Shown in pieces: positions 38,801 to 50,800 of a stretch of DNA of 64,000 nt. The DNA lies in NCBI GenBank assembly GCA_038087875.1, contig CM075998.1, positions 2,294,001 to 2,358,000 on the forward strand, written 5' to 3'. How positions within the stretch are numbered: the stretch's first letter is position 1; the number at the start of each line of letters is the position of its first letter. Both the position numbers and the translations under genes were made by a program. Source of the stretch: Malacoraja senta. Taxonomy: Eukaryota. The notes under the pieces are model-generated. The model was not told the origin of the DNA. It saw only the letters and a list, made by a program, of their open reading frames with translations, and ran no database searches.

Positions 38801-41800
38801 GTTGAAGCTCCTACATAAATAATGGGCACCTGGACTCATAGAATGGTGGTCCTACAAAGTCCCAATGCTGGGGAGAACCAAACCCCTGAAGTGAATGATA
38901 CAACAGACAGAAAGTTTGCATTTGGTAATGCTGCCTTGACTTTGTGCCACAGCATGGTGAGGACAAGGGTTGTGATCTCCAACAGCCAGGAGCAGGTAGA
39001 GAGCAAAACTATGTTATGTTGCAGCTGTATAAAGATTGTTTAGACCGCACTTGGAGTATTTCGTACAGTTCTGTTCATCACACTACAGGACTGGCATAAT
39101 TGTTTGCATAGGCGAGGGGGGACGAAGGGTCGGTTTCTCTGCTATATGTTTCTATATAGCAGACAAACCTCTCCTGGGCAGACAATGGCAAGTTAGATCC
39201 CCGCACAGCTAGACGAAGATTGTCAAGTTTGAGTTTTTTTATCCAATGAGCAACAAAGAGGTAATGCTCGAGTGCGATCTGTTGATGCAGACGCAATGCA
39301 CTGTGGGTGTCTGTCCAGGATCTGAATTGAGGACAAAGGGCTTAATTAGGAAAGGGAAAATAGATTATGAAAGGAAACTGGCAGGGAACATAAAAACTGA
39401 CTGCAAAAGTTTTTATAGATATGTGAAGAGAAAGAGATTAGTTAAAACAAATGTAGGTCCCTTGCAGTCATAAACAGGTGAATTGATCATGGGGAACAAG
39501 GATATGGCGGACCAATTGAATAACTACTTTGGTTCCGTCTTCACTAAGGAAGACATAAATAATCTGCCGGAAATAGCAGGGGGCCGCGGGTCAAAGGAGA
39601 TGGAGGAAATGAGTGAAATCCAGGTTAGTCGGGAAGTGGTGTTGGGTAAATTGAATGGATTAAAGGCCGATAAATCACCAGGGCCAGATAGGCTGTATCC
39701 CAGAGTACTTAAGGAAGTAGCTCCAGAAATAGTGGATGCATTAGTGATAATTTTTCAAAACTCTTTAGATTCTGGAGTAGTTCCTGAGGATTGGAGGGTA
39801 GCAAACGTAACCCCACTTTTTAAGAAGGGAGGGAGAGAGAAAACGGGGAATTACAGACCAGTTAGTCTAACATCGGTAGTGGGGAAACTGCTAGAGTCAG
39901 TTATTAAAGATGGGATAGCAGCACATTTGGAAAGTGGTGAAATCATTGGACAAAGTCAGCATGGATTTACGAAAGGTAAATCGTGTCTGACGAATCTTAT
40001 CGAATTTTTCGAGGATGTAACTAGTAGAGTGGATAGGGGAGAACCAGTGGATGTGTTGTATCTGGACTTTCAGAAGGCTTTCGACAAGGTACCACATAAG
40101 AGATTAGGATACAAACTTAAATCACACGGTATTGGGGGTTCAGTATTGATGTGGATAGAGAACTGGCTGGCAAACAGGAAGCAAAGAGTAGGAGTAAACG
40201 GGTCCTTTTCACAATGGCAGGCAGTGACTAGTGGGGTACCGCAAGGCTCAGTGCTGGGACCCCAGCTATTTACAATTTATATTAATGATCTGGATGAGGG
40301 AATTGAAAGCAACATCTCCAAGTTTGCGGATGACACTAAGCTGGGGGGCAGTGTTAGCTCTGAGGAGGATGCTAGGAGACTGCAAGGTGACTTGGATAGG
40401 CTGGGTGAGTGGGCAAATGTTTGGCAGATGCAGTATAATGTGGATAAATGTGAGGTTATCCACTTTGGTGCCAAAAACGGGAAGGCAGACTATTATCTAA
40501 ATGGTGGCCGATTAGGAAATGGGGAGATGCAGCGAGACCTGGGTGTCATGGTACACCAGTCATTGAAAGTAGGCATGCAGGTGCAGCAAGCAGTGAAGAA
40601 AGCAAATGGTATGTTGGCCTTCATAGCAAGAGGATTTGAGTATAGGAGCAGGGAGGTTCTACTGCAGTTGTACAGGGTCTTGGTGAGACCACACCTGGAG
40701 TATTGCATACAGTTTTGGTCTCCAAATCTGAGGAAGGACATTATAGCCATAGAGGGAGTGCAGAGAAGGTTCACCAGACTGATTCCTGGGATGTCAGGAC
40801 TTTCATATGAAGAAAGACTGGATAGACTTGGCTTATACTCGCTAGAATTTAGGAGATTGAGAGGGGATCTTATAGAAACGTACAAAATTCTTATGGGGTT
40901 GGACAGGCTAGATGCAGGAAGATTGTTCCCGATGTTGGGGAAGTCCAGGACAAGGGGTCACAGCTTAAGGATAAGGGGGAAATCCTTTAAGACCGAGATG
41001 AGGAAAAACTTTTTCACACAGAGAGTGGTGAATCTCTGGAACTCTCTGCCACAGAGGGTAGTTGAGGCCAGTTCATTGGCTATATTTAAGAGGGAGTTAG
41101 ATGTGGCCCTTGTGGCTAAGGGGATCAGGGGATATGGAGAGAAGGCAGGTACAGGATACTGAGTTGGATGATCAGCCATGATCATACTGAATGGCGGTGC
41201 AGGCTCGAAGGGCCGAATGGCCTACTCCTGCACCTATTTTCTATGTTTCTATGTTTCTATGATGTTGCTAACCAGGTTGTCACTTCCTTGCCAAGAACTG
41301 CTTTGTGATTTTTAACTTGTTTTCTTTTGTGTTGCCATGACACTAGGTGCCGAGGTTCTGATGCAGCGGATTGTGGTGAAGTTGTGCATAGGTACCATTG
41401 ACGGTCTGCGTGTGTGCATGCCTCCTTATGACCTTTCTCTTATTCTGATTATAATACAGGTGTAAGGGTCCCACTGGGCTGGATTGCTCTCGCTATCCTT
41501 GGATGGCCCCCATCAAAGCATTACACAATAGGTAACATCCTCTCCCCACCACCCCTTCAAATTAGAGCTGTGACATGCAAGTGCAACATGAGATCTATGT
41601 GGGGAAGGAGGCAGAATCAATCAGGGGGTTTCACCTTTTGTTTTGAACAGTAATTGTGAGCATCCCCTGTCTGGTGGTTTGTGTTGTTGAAAAGGCTGTG
41701 TGCATCCAACAGCGGTGTTACAAGTAATTTGTCGTGGACGGTATTGCAATGCAGGATTGATGGTCTTGGTCTCCTGTTATGCGTGCCAGCCATTATTCAG

Positions 41801-44800
41801 CTCATCTGCAATTAGTGGAACTAAATAAAAACTGAATGCTGGAAATACTCAGCACATCGGGCAGAATATGTGGGAAGAGATACAGAGTTAGCCTTTCAAG
41901 TCAATGGCGCCTTCATCAGCATCTGGTACTTAATTCCATCCATCAGAATGGAATTAAATTAGAAGGTGCAATATACAATACCTGATACTGTCTGATTTGG
42001 TACCTTGCCTGAATTGAATCCCTACTGCTTTTAATCCCTGATTGTGCTCTCATTAAATGGGCTCCTACCTTTGGTATTTGGAATTGAGCTATTGGGAGGG
42101 ATAGGAGTGGATTGCTGGGAATCAACTGGTGTTCCCACGATGCAAATGTTGGCAGTGGAGAACTGCACAGGATACTATCTCTGGCCATCCAATCCAGTGG
42201 CACTCCTGGTCTCAGCTTGCCCGTTACAAATGCATGGCTTGCACTAATCAAATTGAACCCAGCAATGACCCCCAGGAGAAGAAGGGACAGAACAGAAAAG
42301 AAAGACAGAAACCAGCTTGCTGGTGACATGAAATAGGTCAAATTGTCTGGGAAGCATTTGGAGGAAAACAATGTGAAATGGACAGACCGAGATAACTTGT
42401 GTGTCTCATTGCAGTGATATTGGATCCATGGTGTAAGTGTGCTCTAAATTGACAACTGGGGTATAACGTTTTAGTACAGTAAGAAAAGCTGTTCTGTGTT
42501 TGTGCTGAAAATACAGGGTCCTGGGAAGGCTATTGAGTACTGTCAGGGAGTCCAGAATTACAGGTTAGCTGCCCCGAGGTGTAAAAGGAAAATACTGGTA
42601 GACTGCAGGATGTGAAATACTGGACTAGGTCCCAGTCTGATCTTTATGTTGTACTCCATGTCATGGCACTTGTTATGTATCACCCCTGTTGATCAGGGTA
42701 CCACGGAAATATCTATTTATTTTTTAATACTGTATTGAAATGAACAGGCACTCAATTACATCATCTGCTTCCACCAGCCCTATGTCCCAGAGTTGTGATG
42801 CTCCTTGTGTGTCTTTATCAATGCTTTCATTGGCCACTGTTTTGATCACCGCACAATAACATCCATTCCCATCAGCACTTTGATCCTGCTTTGACTGCTG
42901 TTGTTTGCGCCTCCTGAAAGACCTCACCTGTAAGAAGTCTTCAACCACTGATTTTGTAGAACATATTTTGGTCAGAATTGGTTGCAGTGGAGGCTGCTCA
43001 GATGCTCAGTTGCAGAATGCACAGATGTTACTGAGCACCATGGCATCCCTCCCCGCCTCACCATTTGATCCTGGACGATCTCCACCCAGATGGGAGAACT
43101 TGGAAGGAAAAATGTGATTCTAAAGTATTTTTGTCAATTTTAAACACTGACCATGATTTCATTTGAAACCAGAGTTCTTTACAGATGAGGTATTTCTGAC
43201 TTCACATATAGGGTGACTGTGAATCGTACCTTTCAAAGAGTGTACTGTTGGATATGAATTAATGATTAAGGGTGGCAACGTGGCTGTATTGCACCAGGTG
43301 TAAGTCTTTCAACTCGGTCAAAGGCAGAATGCAGCAAATTGCTACTGCTCTTGTCACAGGATGTCGGTGTGTGCACACGATTCCCCTTGCACCAAAGGTG
43401 CTATTTTATTAAATAAGTAATGTCATTTTCCCAGAGGAAGGCACAAAGGAGGCCAATCGACCCATCCTCTTCTGTCACATTAACTTTGCATAGCAGCATT
43501 GGCAACGGCCCAGCCTTCTCATTCATTTGATGGGGAAGCTTGAATTCTCCCCCTTCTCCGTTGCCTGGATGTAAATGGAGATATAATGCAGCAACCATGT
43601 TGCAATCTGCAGTTCATCCACCCTTAACCATGCCTATGAAATCTTGAGTGTTTTGCATGTTGAATGAAACTGATGGCTTTGCTGAAGACATAATTCTTAT
43701 TCCCCTCTCCTGTTACAGCGTCACTGGTTCAAATCATTTCATTGCCAGTGGAAAAATCGCCACCACTCAGAGCCTTGCTCACATTGTTACAGATACATTT
43801 TAGAATGAATTGCAAGATATTGCTTATTATTGTTAGAGCGCATTTGTGGAAAACTGGTTGGGTTTTGGAAGAAGACTGACCACAAACCTTTACATAAAGA
43901 TGGGCAGTATTTTAATTCTTCAGTTCAGCCATTTAACCTTCAGGGGTCTCTGCATCACATCAATTTAGGTCAATCCCAGATGTAATTGCTCCATCATTGG
44001 CAGCCATGCCTCAGCTGCCTGGGCCCTAAGATTTGGAACTCCTTCCTGAAACTCTTCCACCTCTCTTTCCTCCTTTAAACTGCTTTTAAGGCCAAGCTTT
44101 GTGCAATCTCTCAGACAACTGCCCCAATAATCTCCTGAGGGTCGATGATTACTTTGGCAACTTCCTCAGAACATTTTGCTCTTTTTAAGGAACTGTATAA
44201 ATGCAAATTGTTACTGTTGTTATTTTAAAAAGAAAAAGATGGAGTGTGCCAGGAAATGGCTTTATCTTTTTGTTAAAATTCTGCAGCCTGTTTTCTGCGA
44301 AATAGGAACTCAAATACCCAGAAATATATGCAAATCAGGCTGCCCTAATTTTGAATGAACTTAATTTTGTTGAATATCATTCTGAAAAATCAAGACCATG
44401 CTCAGTTACACTCCTATGCAGCACCTTGGTTTTACTGTATTAAAGGAACTGCATAAATGCAGGTTATATAGTTGTGTCATAAATAGTACGGTATTTTAAA
44501 TGTTAAAGAGGGAAACAACCAGCAGAATGACCATGTTTTTTCATAACCAGGATCGAAAACAAAAGTATAAACGATGATGATAAATGCAATCTGAAGAGAG
44601 ACCCAGAAATTAAATGGATTAATTTACAAATAAAGTCCAAAGATTATAGGGATAATACTAATTTGAGGGTTGTAAAGCAATGGGGATATAGCAGGGATTA
44701 CGTGGTAGCTCTTGCAGAAAGCTGGGTGGCACAGACTCTGTGTCCCCCTTCATTTCTAGAACGCTTTATGGGGTAGAATTTTGATTTTGGCTGATAGCAC

Positions 44801-47800
44801 ACTGGTCTAAGTGTTGTTCAGGAAGAATAGAAGGAGCTTTACACTGTTTTGGTCGTAATGTGCCAGACCTGATAATGGTTGATGCCTCAACAGCTCCAAT
44901 CTCCATTATTGTGACAATTTAAATATTCCCACCCGACAAGGAAGAATAAACTGACAGATCCAGATCAAACTCAATTTCTTCAGCAAAGTTTTCTGTTCCC
45001 TTCAGTTGGGGAATTCCAACTTGTTGAATTCTCTGTGTACTGTTTGCTGTGTGTCTGAATCCTGATGGGTTTTTCTTCATGCTTCATTTTGTTTTCCCCA
45101 GAGCTTTAAAGAACACATTTAATCAATTTAATTAAAGTCTTTCACTCCACACGTTTCCTGCCTGTGGCAGGGATTGCAGTGATGTGGGAATAACATTTCA
45201 GAGCATTTATATTTGCTCTCTCTCTCTCCCATGCGCGCATTCATCCAATGCACATTATCTTTCCTGTGCGTGCGCTCGCCCCTTCCCCCTCCCCCTCCCT
45301 CTCCCTCTCCCGCATGCCCGCCCTCCCTCTCCCTCTCCCGCATGCCCGCCCTCTCTCTCCCTCCCTTTCTCATACGTGCCTGCACTTCCCCTCTCCCCCT
45401 CTCCCTCACTCTCTAGCTCCCGCTCTCGTGCGTGCCCTCCCTCGTGTTCACTCGTGCAAGCATGCTTTCTTTCAGAATCGCTCCTCTTCAATGACCAATA
45501 GCCAGCTGACAGTCAAAGTAAATTGCTCCCTTTGTGCATTGGAGTGCCATAGACACAGCATTGAACTATGCTGCACAGATCCATTTTGCGAATTCTAATC
45601 TGCACATTTGTTTGGCAGTACAATTGGGGTGACCTTTAAAGCTCTGATGTAGCTAATCCTGTTCGAACCACTGTGTAGATTTTATTATTTTAAGAAGGAA
45701 AGGAATGACCTTGCCATATTGCGTGAGGCAAAACCTGCCTTGACTTGTATTAATTTGAATCTAGACAAATCCCTCAGATTGTTGCAGCAGTTGTTGGAGG
45801 ACTGATGGCTGTGATGCTTGTGGTGCTGCTGGCTGTCGTTTACTGGAGAAGGCAGATCATTCGGAAAAAGAGGGCAATGCGGCGATATCTGGAGACAGAG
45901 GTGAGATGGTCGTCCTAGATGGACAGTGTCAAGAGCGTGAGGTTGCTTTTAGTGACGTTATTGTGAGCTCCACTGAATCTGCTGTGAGGAAGAAACTCGC
46001 AAAAGAGTGTTGACCAATTTTGGGTCTCTGGAGCCTTGATTTTTCGACATGCAACCAAATCCTATCAATAACATCAAACACCATTACCATCAGGATAACA
46101 CATTGCGTTTGTGATTTTGTTTCCTTTCATTAGATGCTTGATCCCCTTGATCCCAGCGCCGACTCACCCAATCAGGTGAACACACGGATTCTGAAGGAGA
46201 CGGAGCTGCGGAAAGTTAAGGTGCTGGGGTCTGGAGTATTCGGAACAGTGTACAAGGTTAGTGGGCATAGGTCACTGCAGGATAATGTTGACCTGCAACT
46301 CTGCCTTTTTGTAAACCAGCATCTGCAGTTTCTTGTTTCTACAATCTGCCTTTTTTGAGTCTTTTAATGTCACAATTCTTGCATACTGCTGTTAGTCCAA
46401 TGTTAATTAAGACTGCTGGATTCTAACCATTACTTGAGGTCTACGGTTGAGGTCTAAGGTTGAGGAACCATGGTTGAGGTCTAAGGTTATCTGATGCTAA
46501 ACAGATCCAAACAAAGTCTCTTTCAAACTGACCTTGTTATTGGGATTGATCATGATGTGCTGTTGCAGTCAATTGGAATGTGTAAGTAGAAAGACTAGTG
46601 GCACCTCTCAGGATGTCCTAAAGTATATGAGCATTTTTAAAGTGTAGACACTATTATGATGCAGGAAATATGGCAAGGAATTTTCTTGCTCAATATTTTT
46701 TTGCATCCACTTGGGAGATCCCCAATATGCCTTATCTGGAAGAGACTGCAACACTCCCTTGACATTGAGCAGTAGTGACAGCCTGGCTTATTGTGCTCAA
46801 GAGTCTGGAGTGGGTCTTAAACCGACCACTGACAGACTCCGAGGACTGAGTACTGCCCATTGAACCTCAGCTAGCGCACAATAGTGCAATGTGACCTCTT
46901 ACACAAAAAGGAGTTCTATTATGAATGACTTTATATAAGACGCAGTGGGGCAAAATAATGTCAGCACATAAATGATGGGAGAATAAAACCAGGTACTCAA
47001 TTATCAATATAAATGTTTCGATTTATCGGGAAGAAATTGTGATACACTGGAAAAAGCTTTGGTGATAGGAAGTGAGGTGAATGAATGAGATCAATGAGAT
47101 GAAGATTGAGAGACTACTCTGTGCTGAGCCGAGCCAGATCCAATGCTCATGTGAGTCCACCTTAGTTATTTTTATTCCTGATGACCTGATAAGATTTCTG
47201 TTCCTAGGGTCTCTGGATCCCTGAGGGTGAGTCCGTAAAGATTCCAGTGGCCATCAAGGTCTTACAGGAGGAGCATTGCTCTGAGACTTCAAGGACTGTG
47301 AATGAGGTAAACCTGCCATTTTTAAAAATAATTCAAAGGATATAGATGTGGTTGTCAATCTTTTATTTCTTGTCTATTTCTAATAGCCCCTGAACTGAGA
47401 GGGAAAGTGTAAATCGCTATGGCCAAGATATTAAGGGGAAATTCTCCTGTTCTTCTTTGAAGAGGGACTTTTCTAATCCACTGAATGGCAGATGGAGCAA
47501 CTCAGATGAGTTTAGCTCTTATTTGGAGTCACATATAGGCCCAGACTAGGCAAGAATGTCTTTGCCTGATGGAATTTGGTGAACCAGATAGGATTCTGGG
47601 ACTGAGAATGATTTGTGTTGATGGTAATGGTATTGACTGAATTTGTCCTTCATTCCTTGCCTTCCCATTGATGGTCTGTGGACTTGAACAACTAGTGGAG
47701 AAAATAGCTCACAAATTATCCCTGTATCTCACCATGGAAAAGGCTTACTGTTGGTTCATGCTGTACTTTGTATTTCATGTTACCTTGTATTTACAGGAGA

Positions 47801-50800
47801 TGTTGATGGTGGGCAGTCTGGATCACCATCATGTCCTGCGACTTCTTGGAATCTGCCCCGGAGCCCCACTCCAGATAGTCACACAGCTCCTGCCACTTGG
47901 CTCTCTCCTTGAGTACCTCCACAAGAACAAGGATAACATCCAGTCCCAAAAGCTTCTCAACTGGTGTGTTCAGATTGCCAAGGTACGTGGGACCTTGTGT
48001 CTATGCTCCTATGCGTCAAGTCAAGTCACTTTTATTTATATAGCACATTTAAAAAACAACTCTCGTTGGCCAAAGTGCTTTACATTGGTGGAGGTACTAA
48101 CGTTATACAACAGTGGTTCATAGATTAAATACATACATCACTATATACATATAGCCCTCGCTCAGAGGACGTCAAGAAAGGCTTGGGAGTAGAGATGAGT
48201 TTTAAGTCTCGACTTAAAGGAGTTGATGGAGGGGGCAGTTCTGATGGGAAGAGGGATGCTGTTCCACAGTCTAGGAGCTGCAACCGCAAAGGCGCGGTCA
48301 CCCCTGAGCTTATGCCTAGACCGCGGGATGTTCAGTAACCCCAAGTCGGCCGATCTGAGGGACCTGGAGGTGGAGTGGTGGGTAAGCAGACTTTTGATGT
48401 AGGTGGGGGCAAGCCCATTAAGGGCTTTGTAGACATAAAGGAGGATCTTGAAATTTATTCGGAACCGCACAGGAACCACTCATGCTTGGCATGAGTCAAA
48501 CATTCTGTATAGCTTTATTGAAGATCAGGTGCTAGTGAGCCCTTGGTGGGGAGAACTTCTCTAAATGGACTCTTGGGATGATACTTATCGTTGCTTATGT
48601 CCGAGTTAAATACATTTACATTGTTACCACAGGGTATGAGATACCTGGAGGAGAAGAAGATGATTCATCGGAACCTGGCTGCCAGAAATGTACTTGTGAA
48701 ATCACCTAGTCATGTTCAGATCACGGACTTTGGCATCACCAACCTCTTGGCATTAGATGAGAAAAAGTATTTCTTTGATGAAGTTAAGGTTTGTCATTTT
48801 TCTTGGTTAAGTTTTCTACTAAGCAGAAAATATTAAGTTACTAATTCCACAAATGTTGGTTTTGATACGTCGGGGAAGTGGGAATTAATTAATTGATAAT
48901 ATTTGAAGAGAAAATTATTTTCATTCCTAACCCCATGCAGACCAAGAAAATCCCAGGTTTGATTCCCCCAGTAACTGCTAGGTCAGTCAGTAATATTGGA
49001 GGCATTACAAATGGTCTCAGTCATTCAGGTTTCTGCTCCCAAAGATAGAGATGCATTCCGAACACAGGCAATGTTTCAGAAGAAGGGAAGTTATTGGAAA
49101 AGGACAATGAATATATTCACGAAATGAGAATCTCTTTTGTGATGACGTTTCAAAAGTACAAAAGAAAAAGATTGTTTCTTTCCCAATCAATCAAATGAAA
49201 GGTCGAAACCCAAAATGTCACCTATCCATGTTTCCCCAGAAGTGCTGCCTGACCCGCTGAGTTACTCCAGCACTTTGTATCTACAAAAGAAAGGGCGAGT
49301 CAGTTCCTTGATCCTGATCTGTTATTCAATAAGATCGTGGCTGATCCCCCATCTCAACTGCACTCTTGTTGTTCTGTCAGAAAAGACCTGAAAAGATAAT
49401 TTTGTTTTATTTTTACAAAAAGCAACTGCAAGACGTACAACACTTGTCCACAAATTTGTACAACTGGTTTTGCGCAAATAGTCATGAGTGAAGGTACACA
49501 AAAATGCTGGAGAAACTCAGCGGGTGCAGCAGCATCTATGGAGCGAAGGAAATAGGCAATGTTTCGGGCCGAACCCCTTCTTCAGACTGATAGGGGGTGG
49601 GGAGAAGAAAGGAAAAAAGGAAAAAAGGCGGAGGAGGAGCCCGAGGGCTGGGGGATGGGAGGAGACAACCAGAGGGCTGATGAAGGGGAGGGGACAGCAA
49701 GGGCCAGCAGAATTTGGAGAATTCAATGTTCATGCCCCCAGGATGTAGACTGCCCAAGCGGAATATGAGGTGCATTTCCTCCAATTTCCGGTGTTGCTCG
49801 CTGTGGCCATGGAGGAGACCCAGGACAGAGAGGTCAGATATGGAATGGGAGGGGGAGTTGAAGTGCTGAGCCACTGGGAGGTCAGGTTGGTTAATGCGGA
49901 CCGAGCGGAGGTGTTCGGCGAAACGATCGCCAAGCCTCCGCTTGGTCTCACCGATGTAGATCAGCTGACATCTAGAGCAGCGGATGCAATAGATGAGGTT
50001 GGAGGAGATGCAGGTGAACCTCTGTCGCACCTGGAACGACTGCTTAGGTCCTTGAATGGAGTCGAGGGGGGAGGTGAAGGGACAAGTGTTGCATCTCTTG
50101 CGGTTGCAAGGGAAAGTACCCGGGGAGGGGGTGGTACGGGAGGGAAGGGAAGAATTGACAAGGGAGTTACGGAGGGAGCGGTCTTTGCGGAAGGCAGACA
50201 TGGGGGGAGATGGGAAGATGTGGTGAGTGGTGGGGTCACGTTGGAGGTGGCGAAACTGAGTGAAGAGCTGCTCGCCCGTTGCCCTTCATCCCTGCTATTA
50301 AACCAATGTCCTGTCAATTTATTCAATTGGGTGTTAAAGATCTCATTTATTAATTAAAGACAGGGTGGGGAATTCCCCCAAAGTTCAACAAACCAGTCAA
50401 TAGGCCATTCATCTCATCAGCAATTGCAGCATCCTGCTGTGCGCAAATAGGCAGCTACCATTACCTACAGAGCAATAGTCACTACTGCACATTAACATTT
50501 ATGTGGAACTGTCTTATTTTTCTGTTCAAGGAGGAACTGCAGATGCTGGAAAATCGAAGGTAGACAAAAGTGCTGGAGAAACTCAGCGGGTGAGGCAGCA
50601 TCTATGGAGCGAAGGAAATAGGCAACGTTTTTGGCCGAAACCCTTCTTCAGACTGATGTAGGGTGGGGGGGGGGGGCAGGAAGAAGAAAGGCAGAGTAGC
50701 CCTTGCTGTCTCCTCCCCTTCTCAGCACTCCCTCAGCCCTCTGGCTCCTCCTCTTCCTTTCTTCTTCCTGCCCCCCCCCCCCACCCTACATCAGTCTGAA

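Noticed and set aside
41940-43900. Repeat-poor unique stretch after the JM exons (possible conserved element or ncRNA)
   Set aside because: No identifiable motif, fold or exon; needs cross-species alignment
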